Shown: positions 11,301-25,500, counted from the first letter of the stretch. The stretch is 39,990 nucleotides of DNA from Utricularia gibba (GCA_002189035.1 NEEC01000348.1:1-39990); one strand, 5' to 3'. A program made the numbers and translations. Notes: generated by a model from the sequence alone, not told the origin.

Positions 11301-12020
11301 TTCTCAACCACATGCTTTTATTTGAGGAGGCACTCTCGAGGCACTAGGATCGGCCGGAGGTCATATCGAACTCGGGCCCATAGTCATTTGTAACCCGGCA
11401 AAAAAGTGATCCATTTATTAACGTTGGGTTTCGGCAGCTGCCTACATGTTTCTCAAGGAAAAGCTTGTCTTTTTGGGTGGGTGCTGTCGTTGGGAACTTC
11501 GTCCAGTCCCAAGTTTCGCTTCGACTCCTGAGCCAAATCGGTACTATTTGACGAAAATCGTGATGCATTTATTGAAGTTAGGATGTCATGAGCACCCCAA
11601 ATGGTTTTCTCATCCACAAGCTTTATATTTGAGGAGGCGCTCTCGAGGGGCACCAGGATCGGGCCGGAGTCAGGTCGGCTCGGGCCCATAGTCATTTGTA
11701 GCCCGGAAAAAAGTGATCCATTTATTAACGTTGGGTTTTCGGCAGCTGCTTACATGATTTCTGAAGGAAAAGCTTGTCGTTTTTTGGTGCTTTCATTGGA
11801 AGTTCATCCGGACACAAGGTTCGGTTCGACTCCTGAGCCCAATCGGTCCTATTCAACAAAAATAAACATGCATTTTTTGAAGTTAGGATGTCATGAGCAC
11901 CCCAAATGGCTTTCTCATCCACAAGATTTATATTTGAGGAGGCGCTCTCGAGGGCACCAGGATCGGGCTGGAGGTCGGGTCGGGCTCGGGCCCATAGTCA
12001 TTTGTAGCCCGCAAAAAAAG
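8314..12020 (+). repeat. 3-monomer HOR block (A1/X, A2/Y, A3/Z) x4, ~930-bp period
   Basis: Unit starts are 8314, 9243, 10175 and 11101. The diagnostic motifs ctgcgcc+catatcgaac, gaacttcgtcc+caggtc and ctttcattg+tggctttctc cycle in strict order. The middle monomer of the first unit (8625) is partly chimeric. Confidence 0.85.
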
Positions 12021-14466
12021 TGATCCATTTATTAACGTTGGGTTTTCGGCAGTGCCTACATTGTTTCTGAAGGAAAAGCTTGTCGTTTTTGGGTGGTGCT
12101 TTCGTTGGGAAGTTCATCCGGACCCAAGGTTCGGTTCGACTCCTGCGCCCAATCGGGTCCTATTCAACAAAATCAACATGCATTTTTGAAGTTAGGATGT
12201 CATGAGCACCCCAAATGGCTTTCTCATCCACAAGATTTATTTGAGAGCGCTCTCGAGGGGCACCAGGATCGGGCTGGAGGTCGGTCGGCTCGGGCCATAG
12301 TCATTTGTAGCCCGGCAAAAAAAGTGATCCATTTATTAACGTTGGGTTTTCGGCAGCTGCCTACATTGTTTCTGAAGGAAAAGCTTGTCGTTTTGGTGGG
12401 TGCTTTCGTTGGAAGTTCATCCGACCCAAGGTTCGGTTCGACTCCTGCGCCCAATCGGTCTATTCAACGAAAATCGTGATGCATTTATTGAAGTTAGGAT
12501 GTCATGAGCACCCCAAATGGTTTCTCAACCACATGCTTTTATTTGAGGAGGCGCTCTCGAGGGCACTAGGATCGGCCGGTCATATCGAACTCGGGCCCAT
12601 AGTCATTTGTAGCCCGGCAAAAAAGTGATCCATTTATTAACGTTGGGTTTTCGGCAGCTGCCTACATGGTTTCTCAAGAAAAGCTTGTCTTTTTGGTGGG
12701 TGCTGTCGTTGGAACTTCGTCCCCCAAGTTTCGCTTCGACTCCTAAGCCAAATCGGTACTATTTGACGAAAATCGTGATGCATTTATTGAAGTTAGGATG
12801 TCATGAGCACCCCAAATGGTTTCTCATCCACAAGCTTTATATTTGAGGAGCGCTCTCGAGGGCACCAGGATCGGGCCGAGGTCAGGTCGGGCTCGGGCCA
12901 TAGTCATTTGTAGCCCGGGAAAAAAAGTGATCCATTTATTAACGTTGGGTTTTCGGCAGCTGCTTACATGTTTCTGAAGGAAAAGCTTGTCGTTTTTGGT
13001 TGGTGCTTTCATTGGGAAGTTCATCCGGACACAAGGTTCGGTTCGACTCCTGAGCCCAATCGGTCCTATTCAACAAAAATCATGCATTTTTGAAGTTAGG
13101 ATGTCATGAGCACCCCAAATGGCTTTCTCATCCACAAGATTTTTATTTGAGGAGGCGCTCTCGAGGGCACCAGGATCGGGCTGGAGGTCATCGGGCTCGG
13201 GCCCATAGTCATTTGTAGCCCGGCAAAAAAAGTGATCCATTATTAACGTTGGGTTTTCGGCAGCTGCCTACATTGTTCTGAAGGAAAAGCTTGTCGTTTT
13301 TGGTGGGTGCTTTCGTTGGGAAGTTCATCCGGACCCAAGGTTCGGTTCGACTCCTGCGCCCAATCGGGTCCTATTCAACAAAAATCAACATGCATTTTTT
13401 AAAGTTAGGATGTCATGAGCACCCCAAATGGCTTTCTCATCCACAAGATTTATATTTGAGGCGCTCTCGAGGGCACCAGGATCGGGCTGGAGGTCGGGTC
13501 GGGCTCGGGCCCATAGTCATTTGTAGCCCGGCAAAAAAAGTGATCCATTTATCAACGTTGGGTTTTCGGCAGCTGCCTACATTGTTTCTGAAGGAAAAGC
13601 TTGTCGTTTTTGGTGGGTGCTTTTCGTTGGGAAGTTCATCCGGACCCAAGTTCGGTTCGACTCCTGCGCCCAATCGGGTCCTATTCAACGAAAATCGTGA
13701 TGCATTTATTGAAGTTAGGATGTCATGAGCACCCCAAATGGTTTTCAACCACATGCTTTATTTGAGGAGGCGCTCTCGAGGGCACTAGGATCGGCCGGAG
13801 GTCATATCGAACTCGGGCCCATAGTCATTTGTAACCCGGCAAAAAAGTGATCCATTATTAACGTTGGGTTTTCGGCAGCTGCCTACATGTTTCTCAAGGA
13901 AAAGCTTGTCTTTTTGGTGGGTGCTGTCGTTGGAACTTCGTCCAGACCCAAGTTTCGCTTCGACTCCTAAGCCAAATCAGGTACTATTTGACGAAAATCG
14001 TGATGCATTTATTGAAGTTAGGATGTCATGAGCACCCCAAATGGTTTTCTCATCCACAAGCTTATATTTGAGGAGGCGCTCTCGAGGGGCACCAGGATCG
14101 GGCCGGAGGTCAGGTCGGGCTCGGGCCCATAGTCATTTGTAGCCCGGAAAAAAAGTGATCCATTTATTAACGTTGGGTTTTCGGCAGCTGCTACATGATT
14201 TCTGAAGGAAAAGCTTGTCGTTTTTGGTTTGGTGCTTTCATTGGGAAGTTCATCCGGACACAAGGTTCGGTTCGACTCCTGAGCCCAATCGGGTCCTATT
14301 CAACAAAAATAAACATGCATTTTTTGAAGTTAGGATGTCATGAGCACCCCAAATGGCTTTCTCATCCACAAGATTTATATTTGAGGAGGCGCTCTCGAGG
14401 GCACCAGGATCGGCTGGAGGTCGGGTCGGGCTCGGGCCCATAGTCATTTGTAGCCCGACAAAAAAG
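12021..14466 (+). repeat. 4-monomer HOR, variant I (chimeric A1/Z, A1/X, A2*/Y, A3/Z) x2, ~1.22-kb period
   Basis: Unit starts are 12021 and 13233. The A2* monomers at 12626 and 13848 share the private variants tttctcaag and cgcttcgactcctaagcc. Confidence 0.85.
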
Positions 14467-16011
14467 TGATCCATTTATTAACGTTGGGTTTTCGGCAGGT
14501 GCCTACATTGTTTCTGAAGGAAAAGCTTGTCGTTTTTGGTGGGTGCTTTCGTTGGAAGTTCATCCGGACCCAAGGTTCGGTTCGACTCCTGCGCCCAATC
14601 GGGTCCTATTCAACGAAAATCGTGATGCATTTATTGAAGTTAGGATGTCATGAGCACCCCAAATGGTTTTCTCAACCACATGCTATTATTTGAGGAGGCA
14701 CTCTCGAGGGCACTAGGATCGGGCCGGGAGGTCATATCGAACTCGGGCCCATAGTCATTTGTAACCCGGCAAAAAAAGTGATCCATTAATTAACGTTGGA
14801 TTTTCGGCAGCTGCTTACATGTTTCTGAAGGAAAAGCTTGTCGTTTTTGTTGGTGCTTTCATTGGAACTTCGTCCGACCCAAGGTTCGGTTCGACTCCTG
14901 AGCCCAATCGGGTCCTATTCGACAAAATCGTGATGCATTTATTGAAGTTAGGATGTCATGAGCACCCCAAATGGTTTCTCATCCACAAGCTTTATATTTG
15001 AGGAGGCGCTCTCGAGGGGCACAGGATCTGGCCGGAGGTCTCGATCGGGCCCATAGTCATTTGTAGCCCGGCAAAAAAAAGTGATCCATTTATTAACGTT
15101 GGGTTTTCGGCAGCTGCCTACATTGTTTCTGAAGGAAAAGCTTGTCGTTTTTGGGTGGGTGCTTTCGTTGGGAAGTTCATCCGGACCCAAGGTTCGGTTC
15201 GACTCCTGCGCCCAATCGGGTCCTATTCAACGAAAATCGTGATGCATTTATTGAAGTTAGGATGTCATGAGCACCCCAAATGGTTTTCCAACCACAACTT
15301 TTTTATTTGAGGAGGCGCTCTCGAGGGCACTAGGATCTGGCCGGAGGTCTTGTCGAAATCGGGCCCATAGTCATTTGTAGCCCGGCAAAAAAAGTGATCC
15401 ATTTATTAACGTTGGGTTTTCGGCAGCTGCCTACATTGTTTCTGAAGGAAAAGCTTGTCTTTTTTTGGGTGGGTGCTTCGTTGGGAAGTTCGTCCGACCC
15501 AAGTTTCGTTCGACTCCTGAGCCAATCAGGTACTATTTGACGAAAATCGTGATGCATTTATTGAAGTTAGGATGTCATGAGCACCCCAAATGGTTTTCTC
15601 ATCCACAAGCTTTATATTTGAGGAGGGCTCTCGAGGGGCACCAGGATCGGGCCGGAGGTCAGGTCGGCTCGGGCCCATAGTCATTTGTAGCCCGGAAAAA
15701 AAGTGATCCATTTATTAACGTTGGGTTTTCGGCAGCTGCTTACATGGTTTCTGAAGGAAAAGCTTGTCGTTTTTGGTTTGGTGCTTTCATTGGGAAGTTC
15801 ATCCACAAGGTTCGGTTCGACTCCTGAGCCCAATCGGGTCCTATTCAACAAAAATCATGCATTTTTTGAAGTTAGGATGTCATGAGCACCCCAAATGGCT
15901 TTCTCATCCACAAGATTTATATTTGAGGAGGCGCTCTCGAGGGGCACCAGGATCGGGCCGGAGGTCGGGTCGGGCTCGGGCCCATAGTCATTTGTAGCCC
16001 GGCAAAAAAAG

Positions 16012-19000
16012 TGATCCATTTATTAACGTTGGGTTTTCGGCAGCTGCTACATGTTTCTGAAGGAAAAGCTTGTCGTTTTTGGGTGGGTGCTTTCGTTGGG
16101 AAGTTCATCCGGACCCAAGGTTCGGTTCGACTCCTGAGCCCAATCGGGTCCTATTCAACGAAAATCGTGATGCATTTATTGAAGTTAGGATGTCATGAGC
16201 ACCCCAAATGGTTTCTCATCCACAAGATTTATATTTGAGGAGGCGCTCTCGAGGGGCACTAGGATCTGGCCGGAGGTCTTTCGAAATCGGGCCCATAGTC
16301 ATTTGTAGCCCGGCAAAAAAAGTGATCCATTTATTAACGTTGGGTTTTCGGCAGCTGCCTACATTGTTTCTGAAGGAAAAGCTTGTCGTTTTTTGGTGGG
16401 TGCTTTCGTTGGGAAGTTCATCCGGACCCAAGGTTCGGTTCGACTCCTGCGCCCAATCGGGTCCTATTCAACGAAAATCGTGATGCATTTATTGAAGTTA
16501 GGATGTCATGAGCACCCCAAATGGTTTTCTCAACCACATGCTTTTATTTGAGGAGGCGCTCTCGAGGGGCACTAGGATCGGGCCGGAGGTCTTCGAACTC
16601 GGGCCCATAGTCATTTGTAGCCCGGCAAAAAAGTGATCCATTTATTAACGTTGGGTTTTCGGCAGCTGCCTACATGGTTTCTGAAGGAAAAGCTTGTCTT
16701 TTTTGGGTGGGTGCTTCGTTGGGAACTTCGTCCAGACCCAAGTTTCGGTTCGACTCCTGAGCCAAATCAGGTACTATTTGACGAAAATCGTGATGCATTT
16801 ATTGAAGTTAGGATGTCATGAGCACCCCAAATGGTTTTCTCATCCACAAGCTTTATATTTGAGGAGGCGCTCTCGAGGGGCACCAGGATCGGCCGGAGGT
16901 CAGGTCGGGCTCGGGCCCATAGTCATTTGTAGCCCGGGAAAAAAAGTGATCCATTTATTAACGTTGGGTTTTCGGCAGCTGCCTACATGGTTTCTGAAGG
17001 AAAAGCTTGTCGTTTTTGGTGGTGCTTTCATTGGGAAGTTCATCCGGAGGTTCGGTTCGACTCCTGAGCCCAATCGGGTCCTATTCAACAAAAATCGTGA
17101 TGCATTTATTGAAGTTAGGATGTCATGAGCACCCCAAATGGTTTCTCATCCACAAGATTTATATTTGAGGAGGCGCTCTCGAGGGGCACCAGCGGGCTGG
17201 AGGTCGGGTCGGGCTCGGGCCCATAGTCATTTGTAGCCCGGCAAAAAAAAGTGATCCATTTATTAACGTTGGGTTTTCGGCAGCTGCCTACATTGTTTCT
17301 GAAGGAAAAGCTTGTCGTTTTTGGGTGGGTGCTTTCGTTGGGAAGTTCATCCGGACCAAGGTTCGGTTCGACTCCTGAGCCCAATCGGGTCCTATTCAAC
17401 GAAAATCGTGATGCATTTTTTTGAAGTTAGGATGTCATGAGCACCCCAAATGGTTTCTCATCCACAAGATTTATATTTGAGGAGGCGCTCTCGAGGGGCA
17501 CTAGGATCGGCCGGAGGTCGTCGAATCGGGCCCATAGTCATTTGTAGCCCGGCAAAAAAAGTGATCCATTTATTAACGTTGGGTTTTCGGCAGCTGCCTA
17601 CATTGTTTCTGAAGGAAAAGCTTGTCGTTTTTGGGTGGGTGCTTTCGTTGGGAAGTTCATCCGGACCAAGGTTCGGTTCGACTCCTGAGCCCAATCGGGT
17701 CCTATTCAACGAAAATCGTGATGCATTTATTGAAGTTAGGATGTCATGAGCACCCCAAATGGTTTTCTCATCCACAAGCTTTTATTTGAGGAGGCGCTCT
17801 CGAGGGGCACTAGGATCGGGCCGGAGGTCATATCGAACTCGGGCCCATAGTCATTTGTAGCCCGGCAAAAAAGTGATCCATTTATTAACGTTGGGTTTTC
17901 GGCAGCTGCTACATGGTTTCTGAAGGAAAAGCTTGTCTTTTTTGGGTGGGTGCTTTCGTTGGGAAGTTCATCCGGACCCAAGTTCGGTTCGACTCCTGAG
18001 CCCAATCGGTCCTATTCACGAAAATCGTGATGCATTTATTGAAGTTAGGATGTCATGAGCACCCCAAATGGTTTTCTCATCCACAAGCTTTATATTTGAG
18101 GAGGCTCTCGAGGGGCACCAGGATCGGCCGGAGGTTCGGTCGGGCCCATAGTCATTTGTAGCCCGGGAAAAAAAAAGTGATCCATTTATTAACGTTGGGT
18201 TTTCGGCAGCTGCTTACATGGTTTCTGAAGGAAAAGCTTGTCGTTTTTGGTGGTGCTTTCATTGGGAAGTTCATCCGGACCAAGGTTCGGTTCGACTCCT
18301 GAGCCAATCGGGTCCTATTCAACAAAATCGTGATGCATTTTTGAAGTTAGGATGTCATGAGCACCCCAAATGGTTTTCTCATCCACAAGCTTTATATTTG
18401 AGGAGGCGCTCTCGAGGGGCACCAGGATCGGGCCGGAGGTCGGGTCGGGCTCGGGCCCATAGTCATTTGTAGCCCGGCAAAAAAAGTGATCCATTTATTA
18501 ACGTTGGGTTTTCGGCAGCTGCCTACATGTTTCTGAAGGAAAAGCTTGTCGTTTTTGGGTGGGGTGCTTTCGTTGGGAAGTTCATCCGGACCAAGGTTCG
18601 GTTCGACTCCTGCCCAATCGGGTCCTATTCAACGAAAAATCGTGATGCATTTATTGAAGTTAGGATGTCATGAGCACCCCAAATGGCTTTTCTCATCCAC
18701 AAGATTTATATTTGAGGAGGCGCTCTCGAGGGGCACTAGGATCGGCCGGAGGTCGTCGATCGGGCCCATAGTCATTTGTAGCCCGGCAAAAAAAGTGATC
18801 CATTTATTAACGTTGGGTTTTCGGCAGCTGCCTACATTGTTTCTGAAGGAAAAGCTTGTCGTTTTTGGGTGGGTGCTTTCGTTGGGAAGTTCATCCGGAC
18901 CCAAGGTTCGGTTCGACTCCTGCGCCCAATCGGGTCCTATTCAACGAAAATCGTGATGCATTTATTGAAGTTAGGATGTCATGAGCACCCCAAATGGTTT

Positions 19001-20974
19001 TCTCAACCACAAGCTTTATTTGAGGAGGCGCTCTCGAGGGGCACTAGGATCGGGCCGGAGGTCATATCGAACTCGGGGCCCATAGTCATTTGTAACCCGG
19101 CAAAAAAAGTGATCCATTAATTAACGTTGGGTTTTCGGCAGCTGCCTACATGGTTTCTGAAGGAAAAGCTTGTCTTTTTTGGGTGGGTGCTGTCGTTGGG
19201 AAGTCCAGACCCAAGTTTCGGTTCGACTCCTGAGCCAAATCGGTCTATTTGACGAAAATCGTGATGCATTTATTGAAGTTAGGATGTCATGAGCACCCCA
19301 AATGGTTTTCTCATCCACAAGCTTTATTTGAGGAGGCGCTCTCGAGGGGCACCAGGATCGGCCGGAGGTCAGGTCGGGCTCGGGCCCATAGTCATTTGTA
19401 GCCCGGGAAAAAAAGTGATCCATTTATTAACGTTGGGTTTTCGGCAGCTGCTTACATGGTTTCTGAAGGAAAAGCTTGTCGTTTTTGGTTTGGTGCTTTC
19501 ATTGGGAAGTTCATCCGGACAAGGTTCGGTTCGACTCCTGAGCCAATCGGGTCCTATTCAACAAAATCAACATGCATTTTTTGAAGTTAGGATGTCATGA
19601 GCACCCCAAATGGCTTTCTCATCCACAAGATTTTATATTTGAGGAGGCGCTCTCGAGGGGCACCAGGATCGGCCGGAGGTCGGGTCGGGCTCGGGCCCAT
19701 AGTCATTTGTAGCCCGGCAAAAAAAGTGATCCATTTATTAACGTTGGGTTTTCGGCAGCTGCCTACATTGTTTCTGAAGGAAAAGCTTGTCGTTTTTGGG
19801 TGGGTGCTTTCGTTGGGAAGTTCATCCGGACCAAGGTTCGGTTCGACTCCTGCCCCAATCGGGTCCTATTCAACGAAAATCGTGATGCATTTATTGAAGT
19901 TAGGATGTCATGAGCACCCCAAATGGCTTTTCTCATCCACAAGATTTATATTTGAGGAGGCGCTCTCGAGGGGCACCAGGATCGGCCGGAGGTCGTCGGT
20001 CGGGCCCATAGTCATTTGTAGCCCGGCAAAAAAAGTGATCCATTTATTAACGTTGGGTTTTCGGCAGCTGCCTACATTGTTTCTGAAGGAAAAGCTTGTC
20101 GTTTTTGGGTGGGTGCTTTCGTTGGGAAGTTCATCCGGACCCAAGGTTCGGTTCGACTCCTGCCCAATCGGGTCCTATTCAACGAAAATCGTGATGCATT
20201 TATTGAAGTTAGGATGTCATGAGCACCCCAAATGGTTTTCTCAACCACATGCTTTTATTTGAGGAGGCGCTCTCGAGGGGCACTAGGATCGGCCGGAGGT
20301 CTATCGAACTCGGGCCCATAGTCATTTGTAGCCCGGCAAAAAAGTGATCCATTAATTAACGTTGGGTTTTCGGCAGCTGCCTACATGGTTTCTGAAGGAA
20401 AAGCTTGTCTTTTTTTGGGTGGGTGCTGTCGTTGGGAACTTCGTCCAGACCCAAGTTTCGGTTCGACTCCTGAGCCAAATCAGGTACTATTTGACGAAAA
20501 TCGTGATGCATTTATTGAAGTTAGGATGTCATGAGCACCCCAAATGGTTTTCTCATCCACAAGCTTTATATTTGAGGAGGCGCTCTCGAGGGGCACCAGG
20601 ATCGGGCCGGAGGTCAGGTCGGGCTCGGGCCCATAGTCATTTGTAGCCCGGGAAAAAAAGTGATCCATTTATTAACGTTGGGTTTTCGGCAGCTGCTTAC
20701 ATGGTTTCTGAAGGAAAAGCTTGTCGTTTTTTGGTTTGGTGCTTTCATTGGGAAGTTCATCCGGACACAAGGTTCGGTTCGACTCCTGAGCCCAATCGGG
20801 TCCTATTCAACAAAATCAACATGCATTTTTTGAAGTTAGGATGTCATGAGCACCCCAAATGGTTTTCTCATCCACAAGATTTATATTTGAGGAGGCGCTC
20901 TCGAGGGGCACCAGGATCGGGCTGGAGGTCGGTCGGGCTCGGGCCCATAGTCATTTGTAGCCCGGCAAAAAAAG
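16012..20974 (+). repeat. 4-monomer HOR, variant II (A1/W-like, A1/X, A2/Y, A3/Z) x4, ~1.24-kb period
   Basis: Unit starts are 16012, 17252, 18487 and 19727. The first monomers of the last two units share tggcttttctc and gtcgtcg. The second unit (17252-18486) is less clean. Confidence 0.8.
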
Positions 20975-22515
20975 TGATCCATTTATTAACGTTGGGTTTT
21001 CGGCAGCTGCCTACATTGTTTCTGAAGGAAAAGCTTGTCGTTTTTGGGTGGGTGCTTTCGTTGGGAAGTTCATCCGGAAGGTTCGGTTCGACTCCTGAGC
21101 CCAATCGGGTCCTATTCAACGAAAATCGTGATGCATTTATTGAAGTTAGGATGTCATGAGCACCCCAAATGGCTTTCTCATCCACAAGATTTATATTTGA
21201 GGAGGCGCTCGTAGGATCTGGCCGGAGGTCACGACCTGATCGTTGGGGGTCTTTTGGTAGTCATTTGTGGCAAAAAAGTGATCCATTAATTAACGTTGGG
21301 TTTTCGGCAGCTGCCTACATGGTTTCTGAAGGAAAAGCTTGTCTTTTTGGGTGGGTGCTTCGTTGGGAACTTCGTCCGACCCAAGTTTCGGTTCGACTCC
21401 TGAGCCAAATCGGTCTATTTACGAAAATCGTGATGCATTTTGAAGTTAGGATGTCATGAGCACCCCAAATGGTTTTTCTCATCCACAAGCTTTATATTTG
21501 AGGAGGCGCTCTCGAGGGGCACCAGGATCGGGCCGGAGGTCGGTCGGGCTCGGGCCCATAGTCATTTGTAGCCCGGGAAAAAAAGTGATCCATTTATTAA
21601 CGTTGGGTTTTCGGCAGCTGCTTACATTGTTTCTGAAGGAAAAGCTTGTCGTTTTTTGGTGGGTGCTTTCGTTGGGAAGTTCATCCGGACCAAGGTTCGG
21701 TTCGACTCCTGAGCCCAATCGGGTCCTATTCAACAAAAATCGTGATGCATTTTTTGAAGTTAGGATGTCATGAGCACCCCAAATGGCTTTCTCATCCACA
21801 AGATTTATATTTGAGGAGGCGCTCTCGAGGGGCACCAGGATCGGGCCGGAGGTCGGGTCGGGCTCGGGCCCATAGTCATTTGTAGCCCGGCAAAAAAAGT
21901 GATCCATTTATTAACGTTGGGTTTTCGGCAGCTGCCTACATTGTTTCTGAAGGAAAAGCTTGTCGTTTTTGGGTGGGTGCTTTCGTTGGGAAGTTCATCC
22001 GGACCAAGGTTCGGTTCGACTCCTGAGCCCAATCGGGTCCTATTCAACGAAAATCGTGATGCATTTATTGAAGTTAGGATGTCATGAGCACCCCAAATGG
22101 TTTTCTCATCCACAAGCTTTATATTTGAGGAGGCGCTCTCGAGGGGCACTAGGATCGGCCGGAGGTCGTCGTCGGGCCCATAGTCATTTGTAGCCCGGCA
22201 AAAAAAGTGATCCATTTATTAACGTTGGGTTTTCGGCAGCTGCCTACATTGTTTCTGAAGGAAAAGCTTGTCGTTTTTGGGTGGGTGCTTTCGTTGGGAA
22301 GTTCATCCGGACCAAGGTTCGGTTCGACTCCTGAGCCAATCGGGTCCTATTCAACAAAAAATCATGCATTTTTTGAAGTTAGGATGTCATGAGCACCCCA
22401 AATGGTTTCTCATCCACAAGATTTATATTTGAGGAGGCGCTCTCGAGGGGCACCAGGATCGGCCGGAGGTCGGGTCGGGCTCGGGCCATAGTCATTTGTA
22501 GCCCGGCAAAAAAAG

Positions 22516-25500
22516 TGATCCATTTATTAACGTTGGGTTTTCGGCAGCTGCCTACATTGTTTCTGAAGGAAAAGCTTGTCGTTTTTTGGTGGGTGCTTTC
22601 GTTGGGAAGTTCATCCGACCCAAGGTTCGGTTCGACCCTGAGCCCAATCGGGTCCTATTCAACGAAAATCGTGATGCATTTATTGAAGTTAGGATGTCAT
22701 GAGCACCCCAAATGGTTTTTCTCATCCACAAGCTTTATTTTGAGGAGGCGCTCTCGAGGGGCACTAGGATCGGGCCGGAGGTCTATCGAACTCGGGCCCA
22801 TAGTCATTTGTAGCCCGGCAAAAAAAGTGATCCATTTATTAACGTTGGGTTTTCGGCAGCTGCCTACATGGTTTCTGAAGGAAAAGCTTGTCGTTTTTTG
22901 GTGGGTGCTTTCGTTGGGAAGTTCATCCGACCCAAGGTTCGGTTCGACTCCTGAGCCAATCGGTCTATTCAACGAAAATCGTGATGCATTTATTGAAGTT
23001 AGGATGTCATGAGCACCCCAAATGGTTTTCTCATCCACAAGCTTTATATTTGAGGAGGCGCTCTCGAGGGGCACCAGGATCGGGCCGGAGGTCAGGTCGG
23101 GCTCGGGCCCATAGTCATTTGTAGCCCGGCAAAAAAGTGATCCATTTATTAACGTTGGGTTTTCGGCAGCTGCCTACATTGTTTCTGAAGGAAAAGCTTG
23201 TCGTTTTTTGGGTGGGTGCTTTCGTTGGGAAGTTCATCCGGACCCAAGGTTCGGTTCGACTCCTGAGCCCAATCGGGTCCTATTCAACGAAAATCGTGAT
23301 GCATTTATTGAAGTTAGGATGTCATGAGCACCCCAAATGGTTTTCCAACCACAACTTTTTTATTTGAGGAGGCGCTCTCGAGGGGCACCAGGATCGGCCG
23401 GAGGTCGGTCGAAATCGGGCCCATAGTCATTTGTAGCCCGGCAAAAAAAGTGATCCATTTATTAACGTTGGGTTTTCGGCAGCTGCCTACATGTTTCTGA
23501 AGGAAAAGCTTGTCGTTTTTTGGTGGGTGCTTTCGTTGGGAAGTTCATCCGGACCCAAGGTTCGGTTCGACTCCTGAGCCAAATCGGGTCTATTCACGAA
23601 AATCGTGATGCATTTATTGAAGTTAGGATGTCATGAGCACCCCAAATGGTTTTCTCATCCACAAGCTTTATATTTGAGGAGGCGCTCTCGAGGGGCACCA
23701 GGATCGGGCCGGAGGTCGGTCGGGCTCGGGCCCATAGTCATTTGTAGCCCGGCAAAAAAAGTGATCCATTTATTAACGTTGGGTTTTCGGCAGCTGCTTA
23801 CATGGTTTCTGAAGGAAAAGCTTGTCGTTTTTGGGTTGGTGCTTTCATTGGGAAGTTCATCCGGACCAAGGTTCGGTTCGACTCCTGAGCCCAATCGGGT
23901 CCTATTCAACAAAATCAACATGCATTTTTTGAAGTTAGGATGTCATGAGCACCCCAAATGGCTTCTCATCCACAAGCTTTATATTTGAGGAGGCGCTCTC
24001 GAGGGGCACCAGGATCGGGCCGGAGGTCGGGTCGGGCTCGGGCCCATAGTCATTTGTAGCCCGGCAAAAAAAAGTGATCCATTTATTAACGTTGGGTTTT
24101 CGGCAGCTGCCTACATGGTTTCTGAAGGAAAAGCTTGTCGTTTTTGGGTGGGTGCTTTCGTTGGAAGTTCATCCGGACCCAAGGTTCGGTTCGACTCCTG
24201 CCAATCGGGTCCTATTCAACGAAAATCGTGATGCATTTATTGAAGTTAGGATGTCATGAGCACCCCAAATGGTTTTCTCAACCACAAGCTTTTTATTGAG
24301 GAGGCGCTCTCGAGGGGCACTAGGATCGGGCCGGAGGTCTTCGGGCTCGGGCCCATAGTCATTTGTAGCCCGGCAAAAAAAAGTGATCCATTTATTAACG
24401 TTGGGTTTTTCGGCAGCTGCCTACATGTTTCTGAAGGAAAAGCTTGTCGTTTTTGGGTGGGTGCTTTCGTTGGGAAGTTCATCCGGACCAAGGTTCGGTT
24501 CGACTCCTGAGCCCAATCGGTCTATTTGAACGAAAATCGTGATGCATTTATTGAAGTTAGGATGTCATGAGCACCCAAATGGTTTTCTCATCCACAAGCT
24601 TTATATTTGAGGAGGCGCTCTCGAGGGGCACCAGGATCGGGCCGGAGGTCAGGTCGGGCTCGGGCCCATAGTCATTTGTAGCCCGGGAAAAAAAGTGATC
24701 CATTTATTAACGTTGGGTTTTCGGCAGCTGCCTACATTGTTTCTGAAGGAAAAGCTTCGTTTTTGGTGGGTGCTTTCGTTGGGAAGTTCATCCGGACCCA
24801 AGGTTCGGTTCGACTCTGCGCCCAATCGGGTCCTATTCAACGAAAATCGTGATGCATTTATTGAAGTTAGGATGTCATGAGCACCCAAATGGTTTCAACC
24901 ACATACTTTTATTTGAGGAGGCGCTCTCGAGGGCACTAGGATCGGCCGAGGTCTGTCGAAATCGGGCCATAGTCATTTGTAGCCCGGCAAAAAAAGTGAT
25001 CCATTTATTAACGTTGGGTTTTCGGCAGCTGCCTACATTGTTTCTGAAGGAAAAGCTTGTCTTTTTTGGGTGGGTGCTTCGTTGGGAACTTCGTCCAGAC
25101 CCAAGTTTCGGTTCGACTCCTGCCAAATCAGGTACTATTTGACGAAAATCGTGATGCATTTATTGAAGTTAGGATGTCATGAGCACCCCAAATGGTTTTC
25201 TCATCCACAAGCTTTATATTTGAGGAGGCGCTCTCGAGGGGCACCAGGATCGGGCCGGGGTCAGGTCGGGCTCGGCCCATAGTCATTTGTAGCCCGGAAA
25301 AAAAGTGATCCATTTATTAACGTTGGGTTTTCGGCAGCTGCTTACATGGTTTCTGAAGGAAAAGCTTGTCGTTTTTGGTTTGGTGCTTTCATTGGGAAGT
25401 TCATCCGGACACAAGGTTCGGTTCGACTCCTGAGCCCAATCGGGTCCTATTCAACAAAAATCATGCATTTTTTGAAGTTAGGATGTCATGAGCACCCAAA

